Source of the DNA: Pseudomonadota bacterium | Lineage (GTDB): Bacteria > Pseudomonadota > Gammaproteobacteria > Acidiferrobacterales > Acidiferrobacteraceae | Length of the DNA: 64,000 nt | Assembly (NCBI GenBank): GCA_021841585.1 | Contig: JAKBUS010000003.1 | Location: 3,664-67,663 of the forward strand | Direction: 5' to 3' | Shown here: one piece after another, positions 1-8,810 of the stretch | How the letters are laid out: every line of letters starts with the position of its first letter | Numbering within the stretch: the first letter of the stretch is position 1 | Made by a program: the position numbers and the translations under genes | Notes under the pieces: generated by a model | What the model was told of the DNA's origin: nothing | Databases searched by the model: none | What the model saw: only the letters and a program-made list of their open reading frames with translations

Positions 1-720
1 TAAAGTGAGCGCGAGGACGTAGATGCCGAGATCGGCAAGCCCTAGGACGTGGCGTATCACCAGACGATCGGCCAGCTCCCCTATGGCGAACACCGCAGAC
101 CCCAGAAACACCGGCATGGCCGTGCCCCAGAACGCCCGCCGCCAAGCGCCGGGCCAGCGCAGCCGCGGCAGTCTTTGCGTGAGCCCATAAGCGATCATCG
201 CAAAGGCGGTGCTATAGGCCCCCAGCACCTGACCGAGTATGGGGGCCCAATAACCATGATCGGCGAGCAGCAGGGCGAATATCCACGCCGAGGTCACGAG
301 CGACGCGAACACCAGCACCAGCGCCTCGCGCCGCCTCCACAGACGGGCGCGCGCGGCGCTCAAACCGACACTAAAGACCTGGTAGGCGGGCAGCGCAAAC
401 AGCGCCGCGGCCAGGACCTTGAACGACAGCAGATCTGCCCCACCGGCCGCGACATACAAGAGGCCCGAGATCCCGGCCAGCCTCAGCACCATGAACGTGA
501 GGAATTCCCCGTCGTCCACCGCCCCGCTCGCCACCCACTTGACGGTCGCGGGCGCGAGTCCAAAACTTGACGCGTACGCGCCAAACAGGAAATACGCCTG
601 AAACAGGCCATAAATCCCCAGGTCGGCGCGCGACATGTCGCGGCTTATGAGGATTGTAAGACCGAAGGTCACCAGCGAGGCCGCGACATTGGCGCCGTAC
701 AAGGTCCCCGCGTAACGCAT
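1..720 (-). CDS. Polysaccharide flippase, MOP/Wzx-like. Only the N-terminal ~240 codons are present; the C-terminus lies beyond the left window edge.
   Basis: Absent from the ORF track because there is no stop in the window. Hand translation of the minus strand from the ATG at 720 stays open to position 1 (MRYAGTLYGANVAASLVTFGLTILISRDMSRADLGIYGLFQAYF ... VIRHVLGLADLGIYVLALTL). It is a series of hydrophobic helices with the repeated 'dlGiY' element seen in Wzx/RfbX-type flippases, and it sits at the end of an EPS locus. Confidence 0.55.
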   Translation of the reverse strand, partial: MRYAGTLYGANVAASLVTFGLTILISRDMSRADLGIYGLFQAYFLFGAYASSFGLAPATVKWVASGAVDDGEFLTFMVLRLAGISGLLYVAAGGADLLSFKVLAAALFALPAYQVFSVGLSAARARLWRRREALVLVFASLVTSAWIFALLLADHGYWAPILGQVLGAYSTAFAMIAYGLTQRLPRLRWPGAWRRAFWGTAMPVFLGSAVFAIGELADRLVIRHVLGLADLGIYVLALTL

Positions 721-849
721 GATTTCGCGAAGCGTCACGGCGTCCCCGCTTCGGCATTCCGCCGCGCATCAGTTCCGACTGACGTGGCGCCTTGTGCCCA
801 TGCTCCGTTCATGCCAGATCTCCGCCCATCCGTGGGCTGTGAGCGCGCC

Positions 850-1452
850 TTAGCCGGCTGCGGCCTCGGTCTTGTCCGCGTAGCGCAAGAACCGCGCCGG
901 ATTGCCAATTGCCGTCGAGCCGCCGGGCATGGCCTTGGTAACCACGCTCCCGGCTGAAACGATGCACTGACTACCGACATCGGCCATGATCAGCGATCCC
1001 TCGCCAAGCCAGCTCCCATCGCCGATCCGAACCGGCTCGAGACACAGGTCATTGGCGCGGAAGTTGCGCCCCCGCCGGCCGCCTCCATGCTGATACTTGC
1101 CGCTTAGCACCGACACCCGGCTCGCCACCATGACTCCATCACCCAAGCGCGCGGTCCCTATGATGGTAAAGCTGCCGATGCCCACGCCCTTTCCGACCTC
1201 CGCCTCTGGATGGGAAAAAAATGAGCCGAAACCGACCGCCAGGTCGTAGTGGCACACCTTGAGCGTTTTCATGTAAAACGACGCCCGAAGAAATTGGCCG
1301 ATGCGTCCCGGCCACAGGCTCAAAAGCTTCGCCGAGACATCGAAGGGCCGCTCCGAGCCAAACACGCGGTAGGCCAGGACCGACGGGACCCAAAACGGCC
1401 ATGTGACGAAATGGACGAGCGATACGACGGCCGCCTTCACTTCGTATCGCAT
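850..1452 (-). CDS. Hexapeptide-repeat (left-handed beta-helix) acyltransferase
   Basis: 200-aa ORF. The C-terminal half has imperfect hexapeptide repeats (VGKGVGIGSFTIIG, ARLGDGVMVASRVSV, VRIGDGSWLGEGSLIMADVGSQCIVSAGSVV) as in sugar O/N-acyltransferases. It overlaps the upstream gene by 16 nt. Confidence 0.7.
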   Translation of the reverse strand: MRYEVKAAVVSLVHFVTWPFWVPSVLAYRVFGSERPFDVSAKLLSLWPGRIGQFLRASFYMKTLKVCHYDLAVGFGSFFSHPEAEVGKGVGIGSFTIIGTARLGDGVMVASRVSVLSGKYQHGGGRRGRNFRANDLCLEPVRIGDGSWLGEGSLIMADVGSQCIVSAGSVVTKAMPGGSTAIGNPARFLRYADKTEAAAG

Positions 1453-2435
1453 GGCGTTTCGCTACCCCCCATAAGGATCGGGGCCTCATGCAGGTAGCGT
1501 GTCGTCCTGCGCTTGGCCTCGATATCGGCATAGATGCGCGCCGCCGCCACCTGGTCCACCCCCAGGGCCACGGCGAGCTCGGCCGCGCTGCGGCCCGCAT
1601 CCCGGTAGGCGAGCGCCACGTCGAGCTGCGCGTAAGGCAACGCGAAATAGAAATCCTCTTGTTCCTGGGGCAGGCTGTAGGTATCGCTCGTCGGGATTGA
1701 TGCCACGATTTCGCGCGGCAGACCCATATGCCGGGCAAGCCCATAGACCTGGGTTTTGTAGAGGTGCGCTATGGGCTTGATATCGGCCGCGCCGTCGCCG
1801 TTCTTTACGAAAAAACCCTGATCGTACTCGAGCCTGTTGGGGGTGCCCACGACCACATAGTTGAGCCGGTCGGCATGGTGATACTCGACATTCTTACGGG
1901 TACGCTGCTTGAAATTGGTGGCCGCCACGATCTCGAGATATTCTTTCAGGCCCAGGCGCCGCTCGATACGCTTGCCATCGGGCCTCGCTACTATGATATG
2001 GAAATGGTTGAATTGCCCAGACAGGCCGCCTGTGATAACAAGCTTGTTGCGCCACCCGTCACGATACTCGGGGACCACGGCGCGAATCGCGGCATCGCGT
2101 CGCTCATAACAGTCGAGCGCCACGAGCGCGCCTGTGATGTCCTTGCGCTCATATGGCACGCCCAACACGTCCACCACCTGCATGGCCAGTCGCTCGGAAT
2201 CGGCCGAGGACTCCCGTTCGGGCAGCAACAGCGCGAGCACGCGCTGCGGCCCCAGGGCATGGGCCGCGAGCGCGCAGCATACCGCGCTATCGACGCCCCC
2301 CGACACGGCCACCACCGCGCCGCGCCTACGAAAACGCACCACGGTCTCCTTGAAGCGCGTCGCGATCGCCTCTATCTCCCGATCGTAGTCGAGAGCAAGA
2401 AGCGCATTTTTATCCAGTTCCTTGGCCGCTTCCAT
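1437..2435 (-). CDS. NAD+ synthetase (NadE)-like PP-loop ATP pyrophosphatase, stand-alone with no glutaminase domain
   Basis: 332 aa. It has the PP-loop VAVSGGVDSAV near the N-terminus and a NadE-like core (VVGTPNRLEYDQGFFVKNGDGAADIKPIAHLYKTQVYGLARHMGLP). Confidence 0.7.
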   Translation of the reverse strand: MEAAKELDKNALLALDYDREIEAIATRFKETVVRFRRRGAVVAVSGGVDSAVCCALAAHALGPQRVLALLLPERESSADSERLAMQVVDVLGVPYERKDITGALVALDCYERRDAAIRAVVPEYRDGWRNKLVITGGLSGQFNHFHIIVARPDGKRIERRLGLKEYLEIVAATNFKQRTRKNVEYHHADRLNYVVVGTPNRLEYDQGFFVKNGDGAADIKPIAHLYKTQVYGLARHMGLPREIVASIPTSDTYSLPQEQEDFYFALPYAQLDVALAYRDAGRSAAELAVALGVDQVAAARIYADIEAKRRTTRYLHEAPILMGGSETPCDTK

Positions 2436-2445
2436 GAGGTGACTC

Positions 2446-2718
2446 CTAAGCGGTCATGGACGACGCCCGACGGAACGTCTTGCGCGCAATAAACTGCTCG
2501 ATCGCATCGAGACTGTCGAGGTTGTCCGGAGTCATTTCCGCGTCCTCGACCCGTATTCCATAACGCTCCTCGAGAAAGGCTATGAGCTCGATCACCCCCG
2601 TTGAGTCGATGATCCCGAGATCCAAAAACGAGGCGTCATCGGTAAGCGCCCCGTCCTTCAGGCCCATGAGAAAATTCTCCGAGATGTAATCCTTGACGCA
2701 ATCCCTTACGCTTGTCAT
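2446..2718 (-). CDS. Acyl/peptidyl carrier protein
   Basis: 90 aa and acidic. The phosphopantetheine-attachment motif LDLGIIDSTGVIELIAFLEE is present. Its start overlaps the ligase stop by 4 nt. Confidence 0.75.
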   Translation of the reverse strand: MTSVRDCVKDYISENFLMGLKDGALTDDASFLDLGIIDSTGVIELIAFLEERYGIRVEDAEMTPDNLDSLDAIEQFIARKTFRRASSMTA

Positions 2719-4370
2719 CGCACGTGCTCCCGCTCTGCCTTAAGAGGTTGTTTTGCCATTGCCGCGGCGGCGCCCGCCTCGTCTTTTTCCTGCGCGCGCG
2801 CCGCCGCGGCAAGACCGGTCTTACGGATCTTTCCCGTGTCCGTCTTCGGAAGCGCCGCCACGATGTGCACGACCTTCGGCACCATGTAGCTCTCCAGATG
2901 CTCATGGCAGTGGCGCACGATATCCTGCTTTGTGACCGGCGCCTTGGCGTCGACCGCCACGAACGCGTGGATGGCCTGACCCAGGACTTCATCATCCACG
3001 CCTATGACCGCCGCCTCGCGGACCGAAGGCATGGCATACAGGACGTTCTCCACCTCCTTCGGGCTCACCTTCTCGCCGCGGCTTTTTATGATGTCGTCCG
3101 AACGTCCCACGAAGTAGAGATAACCGTTCTCATCCATGTGAAAAACGTCCCCCGTGTGCAGAACCCGCTCGCCCGGATAAGGGCCGGGCTTCAAGCGCTG
3201 CGCCGTCTCCTCGGGACGCCGCCAATAACCGCGCATGACGTGACTGCCACGGACCACGAGCTCCCCGACGGAGCCCGGCGGCAAGCGGCGGCCATCGGCG
3301 TCAATCAGATAGATCTCCTGATTGGGCATGCCCCGGCCGACACTGGTGGGCCGATTCTCGATCTCTTCCGGCGCCAGGTAGGTCACGCGCTTGCACTCGG
3401 TCAGGCCATACATAGAAAAGATCCGGGCCTTGGGAAAACGCGCCTTCAGGCGCTTTATGTGCCCAGGCGGGAGACTTGCCGCGGTATTGGTAATCGTGCG
3501 CACGGCCTTCCAGTCATAAGCATCCAGCATGCCCTCGTGCCCGAGCAGCATGGAAAATATGGTCGGGACGCCCGGAAATACCGTGACCCGTTCGCGCGCC
3601 ATGACCTTTACGACCGCCGCCGGAAACGCAAACGATCGCTCCAGGATCACGCTGGCCCCGACCATAAAGCCCATCAAAACCTGATAAAGTCCGTAATCGA
3701 AGGCAAGCGGCAGGCCGCATAGAATGCGGTCGGCCGCAATGAGGCCGAGATAACCAGACACCGACCGCGCCGCGCTCACCATGTTGTGATGCGTCAACAT
3801 CACGCCCTTGGGTGTGCCTGTGGAGCCGGATGTATAGATGATCGCGGCAAGATCCTGGTCGATCGTGCCCACCGCCGGGCATGCGCCGGTGGTCGTCATC
3901 TCGTCCATGACACGCTCGCCGTCTTTTGCGTCGTGCCCATCGCCACCGCTTACGATCACCACCCGCGGCCTGTAGGTCTCCCAAGCGCTTTCGAAGACGC
4001 GCCGCAGGTGGCTATCGCCTATGAACGCCGTAGCCTCGGCATCCGCAAGGATGAATGCAAGCTTATCGCACTTGGTAAGCGGATTGATTGGCACCATAAC
4101 CGCGCCTGCTTTCAGGATCGCATAAAGCGCGACGACCGCCGCCACCGAATTGTCCATGAACAGCGCGACGCGATCGCCACGCCCCACTCCATCTTTCACC
4201 AACGACGCCGCCAGCGCGTCGCTACGCCGGCTGACCTCCCGGTAACTGACCCGTATTTCCGCCGACACCAACGCCTGTGCGTCTGGATTCTCCGCGGCCC
4301 TTCTTGCAAATGCATCCTGCAACAGCATCCCTGCCCCCAATTCAGCCTGCCCGCACACTTGGCAGCTCAT
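2715..4370 (-). CDS. AMP-dependent synthetase/ligase (adenylate-forming; exosortase-locus acyl-CoA/ACP ligase type)
   Basis: 551 aa. Core motifs present: IIYTSGSTGTPKGVMLTHHN, GELVVRGSHVMRGYW, LHTGDVFHMDENGYLYFVGRSDDIIKSRGEKVSPKEVE. An alternative start at 4328 (MLLQDAF) would remove the 29-nt overlap with asnB. Confidence 0.85.
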   Translation of the reverse strand: MSCQVCGQAELGAGMLLQDAFARRAAENPDAQALVSAEIRVSYREVSRRSDALAASLVKDGVGRGDRVALFMDNSVAAVVALYAILKAGAVMVPINPLTKCDKLAFILADAEATAFIGDSHLRRVFESAWETYRPRVVIVSGGDGHDAKDGERVMDEMTTTGACPAVGTIDQDLAAIIYTSGSTGTPKGVMLTHHNMVSAARSVSGYLGLIAADRILCGLPLAFDYGLYQVLMGFMVGASVILERSFAFPAAVVKVMARERVTVFPGVPTIFSMLLGHEGMLDAYDWKAVRTITNTAASLPPGHIKRLKARFPKARIFSMYGLTECKRVTYLAPEEIENRPTSVGRGMPNQEIYLIDADGRRLPPGSVGELVVRGSHVMRGYWRRPEETAQRLKPGPYPGERVLHTGDVFHMDENGYLYFVGRSDDIIKSRGEKVSPKEVENVLYAMPSVREAAVIGVDDEVLGQAIHAFVAVDAKAPVTKQDIVRHCHEHLESYMVPKVVHIVAALPKTDTGKIRKTGLAAAARAQEKDEAGAAAAMAKQPLKAEREHVR

Positions 4371-6315
4371 CTATCATGCACGTCCCGGAGGCATCGCCCT
4401 CCACGAACTGCTCGTGAAGCAGCATCGTGGAATAGATGCCCACAAAGGCCATGTTGTCCGCGAAACCTATTGCCTTTCCCTGGCGGCACTTCTCGAACAG
4501 CTTACCGGCGGCCTCAGCATCGAAGTATCCGACTTCCAGGAGTCGCTTTTTTTCAAAGGCGCGCGCCACGCCCTCGTCAGGGATCCCCTTATGGAAGAAA
4601 CTTGCGCTATCGGGGGCCCTATACGGCTGTTTGGGACGGTCGCAGATAACGTCGGGTATGCGTCCGCGCCCCAGGCGCTTTAGGATGTATTTTTCCTTCA
4701 GGCCCATGAGCTTATAGCGCGCCGGCAACCGATTGGCGTACTCGATGACCTTGGTATCGAGGAAAGGCACGCGCGTCTCGACACTATTGGCCAGCGCGAC
4801 CCGGTCTCCTTGCGAGCCAAGAAGATAGCCAGACAGTAGCGTACGCGCCTCGATGCATTGATCGACACACAAGGCATCCCAAGCGCCGTGATCGGCCGGC
4901 AGCAAGGTCCGCCCCTCCTCCACATAGTCGAAATCCATGGCCGCCCTCAGATCCGGATGGAAAAATTGCAGGCTGCGCCGCGTCGTCTGCCACCGCGGCC
5001 AGTGCCCGAAACCCGGATATCCAGCCTGCTCGAGACCCTGCCCGAAGAATTTTTGCGCATAGGCCGCGGACGCCGCCGGATGGGCGTTCAGGTACGGGTA
5101 GAGGCGCGTAAGGAGCGCGGGCCGCATGCGCGATCGCGGCACGCGCGCCCAGAAACGGCGCACCCGCGCCTCGCGAAATATGTCGTAGCCGGCCAGCGTC
5201 TCGTCGGCTCCTTCTCCCGTGAGCACGACCTTGATGCCGGCCTCATGCACATGACGCGACAAAAGCATCATGGGAACGGGCGCCGTGCGCAGCATCGGGC
5301 TTTCGGCATGCCATACGGTGCGCGCGAAGGCTTTCGCGATGTCCATGGTGGTCACCGTGACCTCGGTGTGGCGCGTGCCATGACGGTCCGCGACCGCGCG
5401 CTGATAGACACCCTCGTCGAACTCCCGATCCGCGAAGCGCAGGGAGAATGTAGGTGGCGGGACATTCAGGATTTCCGTCATGTACGCCACGATCATGGCG
5501 GAATCTATGCCGCCGCTTACATAAGCGCCGACCGGCACGTCGGAACGCACCTGACGCTCGATTGCCGCCCGCAAGGTCTCATCCAGGCCCGTCACGCATT
5601 CCTCGCGGCTCCGCATGTCGGTGGCCGCGCGATGCGTGAATGCCCAATCCCAGTAACGGTGCTGCCGCTGACGACCGTCCGCGTCGAATACCACCACACA
5701 CCCCGGGCGCACGCTTTGCACGCCAGCAAACACGCTCCCAGGCTCCGGCACACCCCAGTAGGTAAAGACCCGCGCCACGCCACCCCAATCGAGCGCGCGC
5801 GGAATCTCCGGGCAGGCGAATAAGGCCTTCACCTCGGACGCGAAATACACACGCGAGCGCGCGCGGTGAAAAAAAAGTGGCCGTATGCCTACCCGGTCCC
5901 GCGCCAGCACCAGCCTTCGCCGCCGGACATCCCAAATTGCGATGGCGAATTGCCCATTCAGGTGCCGGGGGAAATCGTCGCCGTACTCCTCGTAGAGGTG
6001 CACGATGACTTCGGTGTCGCTGTGCGTTGAAAACGCATGACCACGCTTTTTGAGCAGCCGCCGCAGCTCTATGTAATTGAATATCTCGCCGTTGAACGTC
6101 ACCCAGACGCTGCGACTTTCGTTGGCCAGCGGCTGCGTACCGCCGGCAATATCGATAATGCTAAGCCGCGCGTGCCCAAGACAGCAGCAGCTGTCGATAT
6201 AACATCCTTGGCCGTCCGGACCCCGATGGCGAATGCGCCACACCATGTCATCCACCTCGGCTTTTGCCGGCGGCTTGCCGCCTGAAAAGGCCACTATTCC
6301 CGCGATACCGCACAT
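4342..6315 (-). CDS. Asparagine synthase-type glutamine amidotransferase (exosortase-associated amidotransferase type)
   Basis: The N-terminus MCGIAGI carries the Ntn catalytic Cys2, so the start is taken at 6315, inside the 4342..6330 ORF. The synthetase domain has the PP-loop VSGGIDSAMI. About 657 aa. Confidence 0.85.
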   Translation of the reverse strand: MCGIAGIVAFSGGKPPAKAEVDDMVWRIRHRGPDGQGCYIDSCCCLGHARLSIIDIAGGTQPLANESRSVWVTFNGEIFNYIELRRLLKKRGHAFSTHSDTEVIVHLYEEYGDDFPRHLNGQFAIAIWDVRRRRLVLARDRVGIRPLFFHRARSRVYFASEVKALFACPEIPRALDWGGVARVFTYWGVPEPGSVFAGVQSVRPGCVVVFDADGRQRQHRYWDWAFTHRAATDMRSREECVTGLDETLRAAIERQVRSDVPVGAYVSGGIDSAMIVAYMTEILNVPPPTFSLRFADREFDEGVYQRAVADRHGTRHTEVTVTTMDIAKAFARTVWHAESPMLRTAPVPMMLLSRHVHEAGIKVVLTGEGADETLAGYDIFREARVRRFWARVPRSRMRPALLTRLYPYLNAHPAASAAYAQKFFGQGLEQAGYPGFGHWPRWQTTRRSLQFFHPDLRAAMDFDYVEEGRTLLPADHGAWDALCVDQCIEARTLLSGYLLGSQGDRVALANSVETRVPFLDTKVIEYANRLPARYKLMGLKEKYILKRLGRGRIPDVICDRPKQPYRAPDSASFFHKGIPDEGVARAFEKKRLLEVGYFDAEAAGKLFEKCRQGKAIGFADNMAFVGIYSTMLLHEQFVEGDASGTCMIDELPSVRAG

Positions 6316-6326
6316 ACGTCGCCCTC

Positions 6327-7412
6327 TCAAGCCTGGTGGTGTGTGTAAAGCCTTTCCATCTCGGCGCTCACCTGCTTCAAAAATTGCTGTACCTGGTTTT
6401 CACTAACCCTAAGCGATATGCGATTGCGCCGCTGGAGAATGGTCACCATGCCTTTTAATAGCGTCTCTATGCCATCGAGACGCGGCTCCATGGACGCCAC
6501 CGCCCTAGCAATATCCTCAAGATCTCGATCACGCGTACCGGGGGCGCCATCGCCGACCATGGACGGCGTCGCTCGCGGCGCCTGACGCGAACGGGCGCTA
6601 AACGGCTTCCATTGCAGCTCGAGGACGGCGGACTTTACCATCACCTCATCGACCCCCTCGCTATCGTCGGCAAAGGCACAGGTCAGCGCCGTATCACACA
6701 GGGTGTTTATGAGGCGCGGTATGCCTCCGGTGTACTCATAAATGACCGGAATGGCATCACGCGCAAACAAGGCCTCCGGGTTCACGGCCCCGGCTATACG
6801 CAGCCTGTGGTACACATAGTCTGCTGCCTCGGCTTCCGTGAGCGCCGCAATATGAAAACGCAGCCGCACCCGCTGCGTGAGCTGCTCAAGCCCAGGCGCA
6901 TCGAGAGTCTCGTTCAGCTCGGGTTGGCCCACCAAAATGACATGGAGGATTTTTTGCTTCTCTGTCTCCAGGCCCGACATCATGCGGATCTCCTCCAACA
7001 CCCGCCTGTTTAAGTTCTGAGCCTCATCAACGATGAGCACAAGCTGCTTTCTTTTGAGGAAGCTCTCGACGAGAAACGACGACAGCATATCCATGAGCTC
7101 GACCTTCCCGGCATTGAACGGATTCAGCCCGAACTCGACAAGCACCGCCTGCAGAAACTGGGTCTCATCGAGCTGCGTCTGAAAGATCTTTGCCACGACC
7201 ACAGAGTCGTCGAACTCCGACAGAAGCTTTCTTATGAGCGTCGTTTTCCCGGCCCCGACCTCGCCCGTTATGACGACGAATCCGTCGCGATTGCGGATGC
7301 TGTAATCCATGTACGCCTTGGCCCGGGAGTGCGCGGCGCTCATGTACAGGAAATCCGAATCCGGCGTGATTTGGAATGGGTGCTCCTTCAAATGGAAATA
7401 ATCGAGATACAT
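6327..7412 (-). CDS. ExeA/GspA-like AAA ATPase of PEP-CTERM-type EPS loci
   Basis: Walker A is ITGEVGAGKTTLIRKLL and Walker B is LVLIVDEAQNL. The start is taken at MYLDYFHLKEHPF (7412), which abuts the stop of the upstream barrel gene at 7415. Confidence 0.75.
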   Translation of the reverse strand: MYLDYFHLKEHPFQITPDSDFLYMSAAHSRAKAYMDYSIRNRDGFVVITGEVGAGKTTLIRKLLSEFDDSVVVAKIFQTQLDETQFLQAVLVEFGLNPFNAGKVELMDMLSSFLVESFLKRKQLVLIVDEAQNLNRRVLEEIRMMSGLETEKQKILHVILVGQPELNETLDAPGLEQLTQRVRLRFHIAALTEAEAADYVYHRLRIAGAVNPEALFARDAIPVIYEYTGGIPRLINTLCDTALTCAFADDSEGVDEVMVKSAVLELQWKPFSARSRQAPRATPSMVGDGAPGTRDRDLEDIARAVASMEPRLDGIETLLKGMVTILQRRNRISLRVSENQVQQFLKQVSAEMERLYTHHQA

Positions 7413-7414
7413 GG

Positions 7415-8806
7415 CTAGTAGAAGATCGAGTTGGTGTAATGAACGAAAGGATCGGTGCGCATGCGGTTCGGGTTCGTGAGGTACGAGATCCCCACAATGG
7501 CCCTCCACTCGGTATAGGAAAGCACCGAGTCCGTGCTTATGCCTCGATCGTACATCCCCTCTAGGCTTACGCTCAGATCCGGCGACAGACGATAGCGGAC
7601 ACGCATGCCGCCGCCGTAATCACGCGTATTGGCGTTGTAATCCAAATAGTGCACTTTGACGTAGTCCCCAAACAATGAATCCGTCCACCGCTCGGAAATG
7701 TCGTAGCCGATGTTGAACACGCCGCCCTCGAGCTGCTGACTCAGGGTTGTGGTCAAATAGTGAAGGTGTTGCCAAAAGGCGGTGACGCGGTCCACGCCAT
7801 AGGCACGACGATACTCATAACCAAGATTGGCCATGCGCCCGTAGTACAGGCCTCCGCCGACGATTTGCGAGGGATTCGTGGCGATGGGCACGATCAGGTT
7901 TGGCGCTGGCGCCTCCAAAAGCGCATAGCGGCCGGCGTCCCCATAGCTGCGGTCGGCCGCTGCCGTGAGACGCGAGCGCGGACCCAGCCGGTCGGTCAGG
8001 GCAATGCGCGCGAGCGTGCCATTCAAGGTATGGCTTTGCCCTGTCTGCTCGATGCGGGTACGGCCTCCCTGGGCTGTGACGCCGACGCCATCGATGCGCG
8101 TATCAAGCCCCAAGAACATGTCCTGACGCCGATAATCCGGGTTCACGATGGTGTTGTTGTAGCGCACTATCGACGGCACATAATTGATAGACGCCTCCGT
8201 GGTGCGCGAAAACGCATGCACGAAGCGGGTCTCGGCCAGCCACCGGTAGTTGCTGGTGGAATAGGTCTGCGGAAAGGTCGACGGCTCTTTCTGGTAATAG
8301 AAGTTGCGGTAACGCAGGTCGACTTTGAAGGCGTCGATCGGATCGACATACCAAGAAAAATTGGGGCCCGCCGAGAACGCGTTGGTGTTTTGAAGGTTCG
8401 TCGGCGTCATCACAAACCGCGGATCTATCGGTGCTTGCGTAAAGATGTCGCGCTCAGACAAACTAAACACCTTCGGCAGGACGATGTAATGAGTGAGCGA
8501 GTTCACCCCAAATAACACATCGTTCCCGTATGTCCCGCGCGTGAACACGCGCCCCATAGCCTCAAGATCTAAATGGGTATCGAGATGCCGACCGTGCTTT
8601 TGATAGGAAAAAAGCCCGCGAAACACATTGATATATTCGTTTTGCTGGTTCGTATTGGATCTATAAATGTTGTTCGTATAGATCCCGTTGTAGCCTAGCC
8701 CATACTCGATATGAGCGGCGTTTGCCCTCATGGACATGGCCATAAGGGCAAACGACCCTAATCCCAGCACCCTAGCAATGCGGGTAGATTTTTTAAATTT
8801 ACGCAC
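7415..8806 (-). CDS. Outer-membrane beta-barrel protein of the EPS locus
   Basis: Signal peptide KFKKSTRIARVLGLGSFALMAMSMRANA/AH. The body has alternating Y/G/N/T-rich beta-strand character and ends in the aromatic terminus NSIFY. A GTG start at 8806 lies 5 nt downstream of the upstream stop; the ORF track extends to 8881. Confidence 0.6.
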   Translation of the reverse strand: MRKFKKSTRIARVLGLGSFALMAMSMRANAAHIEYGLGYNGIYTNNIYRSNTNQQNEYINVFRGLFSYQKHGRHLDTHLDLEAMGRVFTRGTYGNDVLFGVNSLTHYIVLPKVFSLSERDIFTQAPIDPRFVMTPTNLQNTNAFSAGPNFSWYVDPIDAFKVDLRYRNFYYQKEPSTFPQTYSTSNYRWLAETRFVHAFSRTTEASINYVPSIVRYNNTIVNPDYRRQDMFLGLDTRIDGVGVTAQGGRTRIEQTGQSHTLNGTLARIALTDRLGPRSRLTAAADRSYGDAGRYALLEAPAPNLIVPIATNPSQIVGGGLYYGRMANLGYEYRRAYGVDRVTAFWQHLHYLTTTLSQQLEGGVFNIGYDISERWTDSLFGDYVKVHYLDYNANTRDYGGGMRVRYRLSPDLSVSLEGMYDRGISTDSVLSYTEWRAIVGISYLTNPNRMRTDPFVHYTNSIFY

Positions 8807-8810
8807 GCCA

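Noticed and set aside
49-769. ORFs 49..570(+), 371..769(-) and 419..601(+) at the left edge
   Set aside because: The P/R/Q/G-rich translations are not credible. The same DNA read in another minus-strand frame gives an uninterrupted multi-TM flippase-like protein from 720 to the window edge.
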